Assembly (NCBI GenBank): GCA_965224705.1
Contig: OZ245056.1
Coordinates: 320,001-384,000, forward strand
Length of the DNA: 64,000 nucleotides
Direction: 5' to 3'
DNA from: Spirochaetaceae bacterium
Lineage (GTDB): Bacteria > Spirochaetota > Spirochaetia > DSM-2461
The position numbers and the translations under genes are program-made. Position 1 is the stretch's first letter, and the number at the start of each line of letters is the position of its first letter. Of this stretch, positions 41,677 to 51,344 are shown piece after piece. The notes beneath the pieces are model-generated. The model worked only from the letters and a program-made list of their open reading frames with translations, was not told the origin of the DNA and did no database searches.

Positions 41677-43506
41677 ATGACCGGAAGATCATACATTTTG
41701 ATTCACACAGCACTCCTTGCGGAGGCCCGACCCATCATACGATATTTCGGACTCCACCAATCCGAAACAAAACCATTCAGGCTGTTTTGCAACGAACAGA
41801 TACTGCTTATCGTTTCCGGTGTTGGCAAAGAATCCACCCGGAAGGCATTGAAATGGATTACTGATCGATTTCAATTATCTTCAGCGATTAACATCGGTAT
41901 GGCGGGATGCAATGATACAGACATGAAAATCGGCACTTTCTTCGCAGTACAGGGTGGTCCGGATACAGCACTCCGTCTCCCACTGCATACAAGCAGCATC
42001 CCCCTGAAAATCAATGAATGCGAGTTCCCCGAATCCACTCTGGTCGATATGGAAGCTTCTCACTTCATCTCTTCACTTACCCATGTTCTCGATACCAGCA
42101 GTATTCACATCCTCAAGGTTCTTTCTGACTATTTGAGTGATACCATTCCCAATAGAGCTTTTATTGACAGTCTCATTGAGAATACGCTTCCTCAATGGAC
42201 GTCTCTTGTTGACCCTTATCCGGAGAAAATCAGCCAGGTATTCAGTGAGCCTCCTTCACAGAATCTTCTCCCTGACGATAAAGAGGCCATACGAAATGCG
42301 GCCCTGGCCTTCCGATTCAGTTACCAGGAAATAAAAACTCTTGTAACCATGGCTCTCGACTTCGTCTCCTGGGATGAGGAGCCTATTTCCCAGCGGTTCA
42401 GGAGAAAATTCCAGTCCCGTAAAAACGCCTGGAATGCTATTCGAAGTGAATGGGAAAATTCTGTGAATCAAACAAAGACATATGAAGGGTTTATAGGTGA
42501 AAGTCCTCGAAAAAACACGGGAGCGAAGGAAATCATTGAGATTGACCGCCCAGGTCCAGGATTCGGTCTCTGTCCGGTGGCATCACAAAGAACCCGATGC
42601 TGCAATCTTCGTACTCTGGATGCCATTGAAGGCTGCGGATTTGACTGCAGCTACTGCTCCATCCGCCATTTCTACAACAGCGAGCAAGTTGGTTTCAACC
42701 GGGATTTCCTGGACAAGCTCAAAGCCATTGAACTCAATCCAGAAAAAGTCTACCACATCGGAACAGGGCAATCCTCAGATTCCCTTATGTGGGGAAATCG
42801 TGCCGGTATACTGGACGGGTTGTTGGATTTTGCCGGAGAGAATCCCAACGTTATTCTAGAGTTCAAAACCAAATCGGACAATGTTTCCCACCTTCTTCAC
42901 CGTAAGGTTCCAGCCAATGTTATCACGACATGGTCACTGAATCCCCAGATTATCATCGACAATGAAGAGCACTTCACGGCATCTCTGGAGCGGCGAATTC
43001 AATCGGCCAGGCAATTGACCGCCCAGGGAAATCTTGTTGGTTTTCACTTCCACCCTTTGGTCCATTATGATGGATGGGAGACAGATTACGAAGAAGTAAT
43101 CAGATCTCTGTTGAGCCAGTTTGATCCAGCCGATGTCGTGATGATTTCTCTTGGAACTCTCACCTTCACCAGGCCAGTATTAAAGAAGATGAGGAAGCAT
43201 CCCATGAGGAGCCGTATTCTTCAAATGCCGCTTGAAGAGACTGGAGGAAAATTCTCCTATCCGCTTGCAATCAAACAGAAGATGTTTCGCCATACCTATG
43301 AATGCTTTATTCCCTGGCATGAAAAGGTGTTTTTTTATCTCTGCATGGAACACCCTTCCCTATGGCCCGATGTGTTCGGGTATGACTATGACGACAATGA
43401 GGGATTTGAAACAGCGATGATCGACTCCTACATGAAAAAAATTCTCAGTGTCAGAAAGCCTGTAAAACCCTCTTCAACCCATTCCAGAAATCCAACTCCC
43501 TCCTGA
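41677..43506 (+). CDS. Fusion of a nucleoside phosphorylase/MTAN-like domain and a spore-photoproduct-lyase-like radical SAM domain
   Basis: N-half AL..EA.P, SGVG, NIG.AG, VDMEA and KV.SD motifs. C-half C.FDCSYC, G...DSL, LEFKTKS, WSLNP and YLCME motifs. Confidence 0.75.
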   Translation: MTGRSYILIHTALLAEARPIIRYFGLHQSETKPFRLFCNEQILLIVSGVGKESTRKALKWITDRFQLSSAINIGMAGCNDTDMKIGTFFAVQGGPDTALRLPLHTSSIPLKINECEFPESTLVDMEASHFISSLTHVLDTSSIHILKVLSDYLSDTIPNRAFIDSLIENTLPQWTSLVDPYPEKISQVFSEPPSQNLLPDDKEAIRNAALAFRFSYQEIKTLVTMALDFVSWDEEPISQRFRRKFQSRKNAWNAIRSEWENSVNQTKTYEGFIGESPRKNTGAKEIIEIDRPGPGFGLCPVASQRTRCCNLRTLDAIEGCGFDCSYCSIRHFYNSEQVGFNRDFLDKLKAIELNPEKVYHIGTGQSSDSLMWGNRAGILDGLLDFAGENPNVILEFKTKSDNVSHLLHRKVPANVITTWSLNPQIIIDNEEHFTASLERRIQSARQLTAQGNLVGFHFHPLVHYDGWETDYEEVIRSLLSQFDPADVVMISLGTLTFTRPVLKKMRKHPMRSRILQMPLEETGGKFSYPLAIKQKMFRHTYECFIPWHEKVFFYLCMEHPSLWPDVFGYDYDDNEGFETAMIDSYMKKILSVRKPVKPSSTHSRNPTPS

Positions 43507-43833
43507 ACCCTCACATACAACGGAACATTACGACTGGATTTCTCCGAATTACACCATTCGCACATCCAGGTTTTCAGCTCTTCTTCACTCAGATTGACCT
43601 TGCTAAAACAACCCGTTTCAGCCAACACCTGTATTGTAAAAAGAAACGTCTGCAGTGATCTGTGTGAGACAACTATTGAGAAACAGTCAGTGTGAAACCT
43701 CTGACGAACTTCTTATCAGTTCATCAGCAGTTTTTTACAAATTGTTCGCCGGGTGGTTTGTAAGCCCTTCTTTGATCCATTAACCTGGAAGGGTATATCT
43801 TTCCCGTACAATTTCCGTGGGAACAACATTTGC

Positions 43834-43862
43834 TTGACAAATGCCGCGATTAACCATACCTT
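43834..43862 (+). promoter_or_regulatory. Possible sigma70 promoter of tpx
   Basis: TTGACA-17 nt-TACCTT. Confidence 0.45.
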
Positions 43863-43900
43863 ACAAGTTAAGGAGTATTCTTTATGGTTGGGAGAATAAT

Positions 43901-44401
43901 ATGATTACGTTTAAGGGTAGTCCAGTGACGTTGACAGGCCCTGAAATCAAGGCAGGCGATACAGCCCCTGACTTCACGGTCACAAACAATGATTTGTCAC
44001 CATCAACCCTTGCAGATTATGAAGGCAAGGTCATTATATTAATTGCTGTTCCTTCCCTGGATACAGGTGTTTGCGATACCGAAGTTCGTCGCTTCAATAA
44101 GGAGGTTGTTAATCTCAGTAAGGATGTGGTTGTCCTGACCATTTCAATGGATCTGCCTTTTGCTCAATCACGCTGGTGTGCTGCTGCTGGTATTGAATCG
44201 GTGAAATGTTTGTCAGATTACAAGAATGCATCCTTTGGAACGGCATTTGGAACTCTTATCAAGGAACTGCACCTTCTTACGCGAGCCTGCTTTGTCATTG
44301 ATAAAACGGGACAAGTCGTTCATGCACAGTATGTTCCTGAGGTTACGGATGAGCCTGATTATACCTCTGTTATCGAAGCTGCAAAATCGGTAAGCCGTTG
44401 A
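43901..44401 (+). CDS. tpx: Thiol peroxidase (atypical 2-Cys peroxiredoxin)
   Basis: ITFKG.PV.L.G, VPSLDTGVC and DLPFAQ.RWC motifs. GGAG RBS before 43901. Confidence 0.95.
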   Translation: MITFKGSPVTLTGPEIKAGDTAPDFTVTNNDLSPSTLADYEGKVIILIAVPSLDTGVCDTEVRRFNKEVVNLSKDVVVLTISMDLPFAQSRWCAAAGIESVKCLSDYKNASFGTAFGTLIKELHLLTRACFVIDKTGQVVHAQYVPEVTDEPDYTSVIEAAKSVSR

Positions 44402-44470
44402 GTCATTGAGGAATCCCAGGAGAAACTTGATCTCTGGAATTTCCTTTTCGAGCGGCTGATGGGAGACCAT

Positions 44471-45082
44471 TCATAATACATTGTGCAGCGGTATATTCCA
44501 ATGAACCAGCGACAATTTGTCATCCCTGCTATAGCATCTGAAATGGGAGAGACTTGCATAATCCACACTGACCGTCCGCAAAACTGAGAACTCAATATCC
44601 AGTGCGCAGCCAAGAATAGCACGAACAGGACCGGCATGGGTGGAGATTAACACTTTTTGGGAGTCGTGTTGCTGTAGAATTTCTTTCACACATTTCATGA
44701 TACGGTGGTTGAACACTCCCAGTGTTTCACCTCCGGGGGGAGCAGTGCCCCCGGGGTTATCCAGCCATCGGCGCCATATTTCCGGGTTTCGTTTTTGTAT
44801 ATCACTCCAGGTGCGGTCTTCCCATTCACCAAAGTCTATCTCTGCCAGTTCATTACTGATGATGGGAGTTATGTTTAAGCGGTTGGCCAGAGGTTTAACA
44901 GTCTGGATTGCTCGACTGAGGGAGCTGCTGTATATAACTGATGGAGCTTCCCTTTGAAGGTAATCAGCAACATGGTCCGCTTGAATCAACCCCCTGCCGC
45001 TCAGGGGAGTATCAGCTCTCCGGCCAATGCAGGTACCGGCTATTTCCGGTTCACCGTGACGAATGAGAAGAAGTTCCGTCAT
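44471..45082 (-). CDS. cobC: Histidine phosphatase, probable alpha-ribazole phosphatase
   Basis: RHG, SS.L.RA.QT, E.DFGEWE and PPGGE motifs. Translationally coupled to cobS. Confidence 0.75.
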   Translation of the reverse strand: MTELLLIRHGEPEIAGTCIGRRADTPLSGRGLIQADHVADYLQREAPSVIYSSSLSRAIQTVKPLANRLNITPIISNELAEIDFGEWEDRTWSDIQKRNPEIWRRWLDNPGGTAPPGGETLGVFNHRIMKCVKEILQQHDSQKVLISTHAGPVRAILGCALDIEFSVLRTVSVDYASLSHFRCYSRDDKLSLVHWNIPLHNVL

Positions 45083-45861
45083 AGTATCGCTGAATGGAAT
45101 TTATGCAGGATCAAAATGCCCATGAATCCCAGGGTATCCCCGATTTCGATCAGTGCTCCATAGCAATCCCCGGTTAACCCCCCAAGAGGTTTTGATATTG
45201 AGTGACCAGCTATAAGCATCAGCACTGATGTGAATCCCCAGAGTATCAGTCCATTTATGGAGAAGCATACGGTTGCAATCAGACCTGAAAGGAGTAGGGC
45301 CGCAATGGCCGTTTTCACTGTTGCATGGCATTGCATCTTACTTCCCAGACCATCGGGACGGGCATTAGGAAAAAGCGTCATTAACAGGGGGATGTTTCCT
45401 CTGGAAATGGCCGGTACTATGGCCAATGGTATGATGGAAGTAAGGACAAGGTGTTTTGAATGATCATCCCCCCCCAGCCATTCAGCAATGAACACTGTCT
45501 GTAACCCGCAAATTACAAGCAGGGCGAGAACACCGAAACTGCCAATATTACTGTCCTGCATGATAGTCAGGCGGTTTTGTGCATTCCTTCCTCCACCCAA
45601 TCCATCCGCAAAATCAGCTAATCCATCCAGATGTAAGCCTCCGGTAATTACAATTCGGGTTGCAGTAACCATTACAGCAACACTTCGGTCTGACAGCAGC
45701 CAGGATGAAATCCAGGCAATTCCAGCAACGACAGTGCCAATTATCAGACCGGCCAGGGGATAGGCCGCCAGAACTCTGGCATTCCATTTTGATGGATTCT
45801 CAGGGCCGGGAACAGGCAGTATGGATAGGAAACGCAGGGCTTCAATCAAAGCTCGCCGCAT
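45079..45861 (-). CDS. cobS: Adenosylcobinamide-GDP ribazoletransferase (cobalamin synthase)
   Basis: TGGLHLDGLAD.ADG, IM.DS.IG.FG and GG.TGD..GA..E motifs. Confidence 0.93.
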   Translation of the reverse strand: MRRALIEALRFLSILPVPGPENPSKWNARVLAAYPLAGLIIGTVVAGIAWISSWLLSDRSVAVMVTATRIVITGGLHLDGLADFADGLGGGRNAQNRLTIMQDSNIGSFGVLALLVICGLQTVFIAEWLGGDDHSKHLVLTSIIPLAIVPAISRGNIPLLMTLFPNARPDGLGSKMQCHATVKTAIAALLLSGLIATVCFSINGLILWGFTSVLMLIAGHSISKPLGGLTGDCYGALIEIGDTLGFMGILILHKFHSAIL

Positions 45862-46121
45862 TGAGCTGCCTTACAGGACTGTGCTGATTATTTTGAATCT
45901 GGAAATTTTTCATGGATACAGTATATGTTACCGTGAAAGAATTGTGTATTACTGCCGGGTTTTGGCAGCAAAACTACTGAGTCAGAAAGCTTGTACAATG
46001 CCTGAGTGAGAGGCAGTGTCGGCAACCATTTTAAAGGGTGTGTTTTGTAATTCCCCAACACACATTTCAATTTGAGACTGAACCGATAACGGCCGAAAAA
46101 ATCTTTTATTTCTTCTTCCAG

Positions 46122-47351
46122 TCAGTCCAGAGAAGATCGATCCAGAGGCATACTCATACATCGGGGACCACCTCGACCCCGTACAAGTTCAGAGCCTTCT
46201 ATCTCAACCACATCAATACCGTTTCGCCTCAGGGTATTATTGGAGTGAACATTTCTCTTGTAAGTAACAACAACACCTGGAGCCAGAGCAAGAGTGTTGG
46301 TGCTGTCATTCCACTGCTCTCTGGCAGCGGTAAAACGGTCATCTCCACCGCTGTGCAGAATTTGAACTGCCGGCAGTTTCAGGGCTGATCTCAGTGCTGT
46401 CTTCAAACACTTCTCTGATTTAATACTCAAGCTTCTATTCTTTCCCGGTGTGAGTTCAAATACATTGATGTGATTCTCAACTCCTGGAAAGATGGCAAAC
46501 TTATCCACGTCCAGCATAGTGAAAACAGTGTCCAGATGCATGTATGCCCGGGCCGCAGGAATTTGAAGTACGAGAACTCTTTTGATACCGCTGTTTCCCT
46601 GAAAAAGGCGGCCTGTCAGCTTCTCAATACCTTCACTGCTGGTTCTTACACTGCAGCCCACTATAACTGTTTCTGGTCCTGGAACCAGGATGTCACCTCC
46701 TTCAATACTGTCGTTGTCTTCAAGGCTGTACCAGATTGATTGAGTGGCGGCGAAAAGCGGATGGTGCTTCCTGATGTGGTCCAAAATGAGGGTTTCCCTG
46801 CTTCGGACAACAGTTTTCATGGTGCTGACCACTATCCCTTCGGCGATGATGGCGCCAGGATCTCGTGTAAAATACAAATTGGGGAGGGGATTGATGTAAA
46901 AAGGGAAGTCATCCTTTATGTAGTAGGACAGGTGCTTCTCATTCTCTGAATGTGGGACTTCTTCCTTGCGGAGTCCGCTGATCAGGATTTCTGCCAGTTC
47001 CCTGGTAGTTTTGCTGCTTAACATGCTGCGAATGTCATCTTCCAGCCGCTCAACAGGTATGCTGCTGCTTTTAAGAACCTCGTTCAGGATATCTGTCCGA
47101 ACTGAATTGTTGTTCAGTATATCGGCAAGGAGATCACAGTAGTAGTATACTTCACATCCCCTTTCCCGAAGGGCCGCTGCGAATGAATCGTGTTCATCTT
47201 GAATTCTATCCACCCAGGGGATGTCGTCAAACAGGAGTTCCTCAAGATATTGGGGTGTGAGGGTTTCCAATTCCCGTCCGGGGCGATGGAGTAGAACTTT
47301 CCGGAGCGTTCCAATTTCAGAACGGACAGATAGTGACTGCGTTGCGGACAT
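46122..47351 (-). CDS. arcA: Arginine deiminase
   Basis: V.SEIG.L..V.LHRPG, PNLYFTRD, HLDTV and ELVRGRGGPRCMSMP motifs. Confidence 0.96.
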   Translation of the reverse strand: MSATQSLSVRSEIGTLRKVLLHRPGRELETLTPQYLEELLFDDIPWVDRIQDEHDSFAAALRERGCEVYYYCDLLADILNNNSVRTDILNEVLKSSSIPVERLEDDIRSMLSSKTTRELAEILISGLRKEEVPHSENEKHLSYYIKDDFPFYINPLPNLYFTRDPGAIIAEGIVVSTMKTVVRSRETLILDHIRKHHPLFAATQSIWYSLEDNDSIEGGDILVPGPETVIVGCSVRTSSEGIEKLTGRLFQGNSGIKRVLVLQIPAARAYMHLDTVFTMLDVDKFAIFPGVENHINVFELTPGKNRSLSIKSEKCLKTALRSALKLPAVQILHSGGDDRFTAAREQWNDSTNTLALAPGVVVTYKRNVHSNNTLRRNGIDVVEIEGSELVRGRGGPRCMSMPLDRSSLD

Positions 47352-47549
47352 GAGAACAATATAGAGGAATGAGTGACAGGTTTCAATCGATACAGGGAAA
47401 ATGTTCTATTCTGTCTCCGATCTGGCCGGAGAATCCGATAGAAACCGGACATCCTGCTGGAACTTAACAATGTCACGCAGCTATTTCATTGTCCAACAAC
47501 GCCACCAGGAAGTATAGTATACTGAGAGCAAATCGAAAGGAGCCGCCCT

Positions 47550-48518
47550 ATGACACTTATGGAAACAGCTGATAACTGGATACATACGGGCCATAAATTG
47601 GCATTGGCGATTGTGATAGAGACCTGGGGATCTGCTCCCAGGCAGGCCGGTGCCGTCATGCTGGTGAGGGATGATTTCCATATTGAGGGCTCCGTTTCGG
47701 GAGGGTGTGTTGAGGCTGATGTCATCGAAACAGCCAAAAAATCTATTGAGACGAATCAGTTTTTCATCAGAGAATTCGGAGTTGCAGATGAAACCGCATT
47801 TGCCGTTGGACTCTCCTGCGGCGGCAAGATCGCAGTCCTCATCGTTCCTGTCAATGATGCCGCTTTTCCTCCTATCTTTCTGGAAAAAATTGTAGCCGCA
47901 GTTGTTGGTAGAACGCCCCTGGATCTCATCATTTCACTTGAAAATGACAGCAGGTTGCATGTGGAAGCAATGGTTCCTGATTCCCTGTCATTATCTGAAC
48001 GGGAGACCCAATACAATGATTCAGAGCGCCAGTTGATATGGCGTTTCCGGCCAGCATATCAGCTCATTCTTATCGGTGCCGGTCATATCAGCCAGGCATT
48101 GAGCAGGCTTGCGTCTCAAGTCGATTTTTCAGTTGATGTTATTGATCCCAGATCCATGCTGGCGACTGGGGAAAGGTTTCCCGATGTCAATATTCATATT
48201 GGCTGGCCCCAGGATTTACTGCCTGCTATGACCATGGATGCACAAACGGCAATGGTAACCCTGACTCATAATCCCGAAATCGACGATCCGGCATTGTTGT
48301 ATGCTCTGGGTACTGAGGCCTTCTATCTGGGTTGCCTTGGAAGTCGGCGTACTCATGGCATTCGATGCAGAAGACTTGAATCAAAGGGAATGAGTCAACA
48401 GCAATTGGCACGTCTCCACGGACCGGCCGGAATACCCCTTGGCGGACGGGGTGTTCCAGAAATCGCTCTTGCCATTCTTGCTGAAATTGTACAGGCAAGA
48501 TACACCCTTCCCGATTAA
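47550..48518 (+). CDS. XdhC/CoxF-family molybdoenzyme maturation factor
   Basis: TWGSAPR..G, GSVSGGCVE, GL.CGG, LGS.R.H and PEIA..ILAE motifs. Confidence 0.9.
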   Translation: MTLMETADNWIHTGHKLALAIVIETWGSAPRQAGAVMLVRDDFHIEGSVSGGCVEADVIETAKKSIETNQFFIREFGVADETAFAVGLSCGGKIAVLIVPVNDAAFPPIFLEKIVAAVVGRTPLDLIISLENDSRLHVEAMVPDSLSLSERETQYNDSERQLIWRFRPAYQLILIGAGHISQALSRLASQVDFSVDVIDPRSMLATGERFPDVNIHIGWPQDLLPAMTMDAQTAMVTLTHNPEIDDPALLYALGTEAFYLGCLGSRRTHGIRCRRLESKGMSQQQLARLHGPAGIPLGGRGVPEIALAILAEIVQARYTLPD

Positions 48519-48578
48519 TCAATGATATCGGCAAAACCCAAAAAATGCTCTCCAATCACCTGCGGGAAGACTGGAAGA

Positions 48579-49145
48579 TCAAAAGGAACGTGAAGCCGTA
48601 AGTTCTATCCTGTTGCCGTCGGGATCAAGTACTACGCTTTCATAATACCCATCTCCTGTGGAGTCTGTCGGACTTTGAGACTTCGAGGCGATTTTTGATG
48701 ATTTTTTTCCGATACAAGGCGGCAAAAGCGGAGCGTAGCTGGGCTACGTGAGCATTTTGGTAACGCCGTAGCGGGAAAAAAGGGCAAAAATCGAGCCGTG
48801 AGGCGTAAGTCCGACAGACTCTGTGCATCGCGGCCCATCCACAACGGGAACACCTTTCGACTGAAGCTGACTGGTAACGGTATCAACGTCCGATTCGGAT
48901 CCAACAGACAGGGCCAGATGCGCATACCCTGAACAGGGAGATGATGAATTGAGCAGCTTCCAATCATGACAGGTCATGATTTCCAACTTCGGCCCATCTG
49001 TGAAAGAAAGGAAGTACGATTCAAATCTTTTCTTCACGTTCACATACTTTTTACTGGAAACAACCCCGAAGTGTTTCATGTAAAACAATCTCAGCCATTC
49101 TATATCATCTGTCCATATCGCAACATGAACTATTTGCGGGCTCAT
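48579..49145 (-). pseudogene. VOC/glyoxalase-family gene disrupted by MITE copy 2
   Basis: Removing 48661-48821 and one TGTG restores ...[30 protein letters not shown]. Confidence 0.9.
48661..48821. mobile_element. 161-bp MITE, copy 2
   Basis: Same terminal inverted repeats as copy 1. Perfect 4-bp duplication TGTG at 48657-48660 and 48822-48825. Confidence 0.93.
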
Positions 49146-50569
49146 GAACCTGTCTCGATTTCGGCTGCTGTTTTCTGAATTGTTGCCCAGGCCTCTTCAA
49201 TATGCTGCCATGTTGTAGAGGTTTGACCTATGACAAATCGTATAACGATGCGCCCTTTTGCACGAGTTTTTGTAAGATATAATTCACCACTATCGTTGAG
49301 ACGCTTGTGTAATTCTGTGTTGACCCTGTCCAGAGTCTCATCAGTCTTTGCCCATTCGGGCACATACCGAAAGCTGAGAAGGGACAGGATAGGTCCGGTT
49401 ACCAGTTCAAAATCTTCACTGCTTCGAATATGTTCTGCAAGCCGTTGCGCCCAGTCAAGATTACTCCGTATCTTCTTCCTCAGCCCTTCAACTCCATACG
49501 ATCTCATAACAAACCAGAGTTTGAGAGCTCTGAATCGCCGTGCGAGAGAGATACTCCAATCCCGATACTCAGGCATTTCATCGCTTGATTTCGACTCAAG
49601 ATAGGCCGGTGTGATAGACAGGGCATTCACTAATCGGGAGGGATCGCGCATATAGAACAATGAGCAGTCAAAATTGGTAAACAACCATTTATGAGGATTA
49701 AAAACATAGCTGTCAACAAACTCAAGTCCGTTCAGCATTGAACGAACCTCTGGAAGAATCATGGCATTCCCTGCCCAGGCCGCATCCACATGAAGATGAA
49801 TACCCTCTGTCTGAGCAATCCGGCCAATCCTGTCAACAGGATCAATTGACCCCAAACCTGTTGCTCCGAAACTGGCAACAATGCATGCAGGAATACACCC
49901 CTCTGCACGATCTTGAGTAATTTGGGACATCAGGGCTTGTGTATCCATATCATAATTCTCACAGACAGGAATCTTCCGGACATTTTTTACACCGATTCCA
50001 GCAATCCTTGCCCCCTTTTCCACCGAGGAATGAGCCTCGCTGGAGGCATAAACAGTCAATGGCGGTCCCCCAGCCAAACCTTCCGTTGAGAACCGGCCTG
50101 ATGTAATCTTTTCGCAGGCCGCAATGATACCGCAGAGATTTGATACGGACCCGGATTCCTGGATTGAACCTGTAAACTCTTCTGGCAGTCCCGTGAGGTC
50201 TCGCATCCATTCAGTCATGCGAGCTTCAAGTTCCGTCGCTGCAGGAGACGTTTCCCAGAGCATACACTGAGCTGCAAGAGTTGCTGTCAGCATCTCAGCC
50301 AGTACGGAGGGAGGACTTGTATTGGCATTGAAAAAGGCGAAAAACCGGGGGTGCTGCCAGTGTGTAATTCCCGGTATGATTACATCCTTGAAACTGGAGA
50401 ATATAGTCTCCATGGATTCGCCATGCTCCGGACACGATGGTGAAATTTTAGCAGCAATATCGCCTGCCTTAACCTGAGATCGAACTGGATACTCTTCAAC
50501 GGTTTTGAAGTAGTCAGCCATCCAGTCCGATATTACATGGGCATATTTCCGAAATTCATTGAGATCCAG
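49142..50569 (-). CDS. Group II PLP-dependent decarboxylase, aromatic-L-amino-acid decarboxylase-like
   Basis: D..EFR, PGITHWQHP.F.A.F, SPAATELE, HVDAAWAG, NPHKW and RRFRALKLW motifs. Start set at the CTG after a GGAGGTG RBS (the ORF track starts at 50650). Confidence 0.9.
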   Translation of the reverse strand: MDLNEFRKYAHVISDWMADYFKTVEEYPVRSQVKAGDIAAKISPSCPEHGESMETIFSSFKDVIIPGITHWQHPRFFAFFNANTSPPSVLAEMLTATLAAQCMLWETSPAATELEARMTEWMRDLTGLPEEFTGSIQESGSVSNLCGIIAACEKITSGRFSTEGLAGGPPLTVYASSEAHSSVEKGARIAGIGVKNVRKIPVCENYDMDTQALMSQITQDRAEGCIPACIVASFGATGLGSIDPVDRIGRIAQTEGIHLHVDAAWAGNAMILPEVRSMLNGLEFVDSYVFNPHKWLFTNFDCSLFYMRDPSRLVNALSITPAYLESKSSDEMPEYRDWSISLARRFRALKLWFVMRSYGVEGLRKKIRSNLDWAQRLAEHIRSSEDFELVTGPILSLLSFRYVPEWAKTDETLDRVNTELHKRLNDSGELYLTKTRAKGRIVIRFVIGQTSTTWQHIEEAWATIQKTAAEIETGS

Positions 50570-50906
50570 GAGGCACCTCCGTTTTTTACGATCAATAGTA
50601 TAATACAAAAGACGGTACAATAGAAGCAGTATCAGAAATCTACCAGACATTGTATTCGGCCTTCACTCCTGTACCTGCAGCACTGTTTTTCTGTCCCTGG
50701 AAAGTCTTCGCCCTGGTGACAGTTAATATGAACATTAACTTCGTTCCAGAAAACGTGTAATTGACAAATCCCCTTCACCTGCATAATATGAATTACTGAT
50801 GCATACAGATTTTTGGAAGAGAGAAGCGGGTCAACTGATTGATCGTCGAAGACGAAATCACCCAGTGACTGAAATAATCCTTTACAATACAGGAGATCGC
50901 AAGACT

Positions 50907-50978
50907 GCGTCTGTCGTATAATGGTTATTACCCGAGCTTCCCAAGCTCGTGACGTGGGTTCGATTCCCATCAGACGCT
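50907..50978 (+). tRNA. tRNA-Gly(CCC)
   Basis: Acceptor stem GCGTCTG/CAGACGC, anticodon arm CGAGC-TTCCCAA-GCTCG, T-loop GTTCGATT. CCA is not encoded. Confidence 0.95.
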
Positions 50979-51167
50979 ATATTTAAATCGTTTCAGTGTA
51001 TATATATCATGCATAACAGGATTATACCTGCTGGCGTTCTGCGGAGGCAATGCGCAAAACGCACATTGTTGGCAGGAGGTATTGACACAACTTTTCAGAG
51101 TATACAATGAATAGATTTTTCATTGAGTTGGAGGACGATCTGATCTGTAAAGATTTGAACTTTATGC

Positions 51168-51219
51168 AGTGTCAGGAAGCTTAACCTGGTTTCATTTAAC
51201 AGGCTTCCTGACACTACAT
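51168..51219. repeat. Inverted pair of the dispersed ~20-bp motif. The right half is a 25-bp direct repeat with 61926-61950.
   Basis: AGTGTCAGGAAGC...GCTTCCTGACACT. TTTAACAGGCTTCCTGACACTACAT at 51195-51219. Confidence 0.8.
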
Positions 51220-51344
51220 GAGCTTTACACAGAAAACTTCACAGGCTCATTCCGCATACTTTGAAACACGACTTGAAACATTACCCCTGATTCTTCCACC
51301 AGATCAGTGATCTTTGATGAATTACACGCTGGATGAATTTAAAC

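Noticed and set aside
43507..43830. Possible small gene or pseudogene upstream of tpx
   Set aside because: Only a short ORF without recognisable family features.
45862..46121. Cobalamin riboswitch upstream of cobS
   Set aside because: I could not find the B12-box or the conserved GGGAA/GCCACTG elements. An Rfam scan would settle it.
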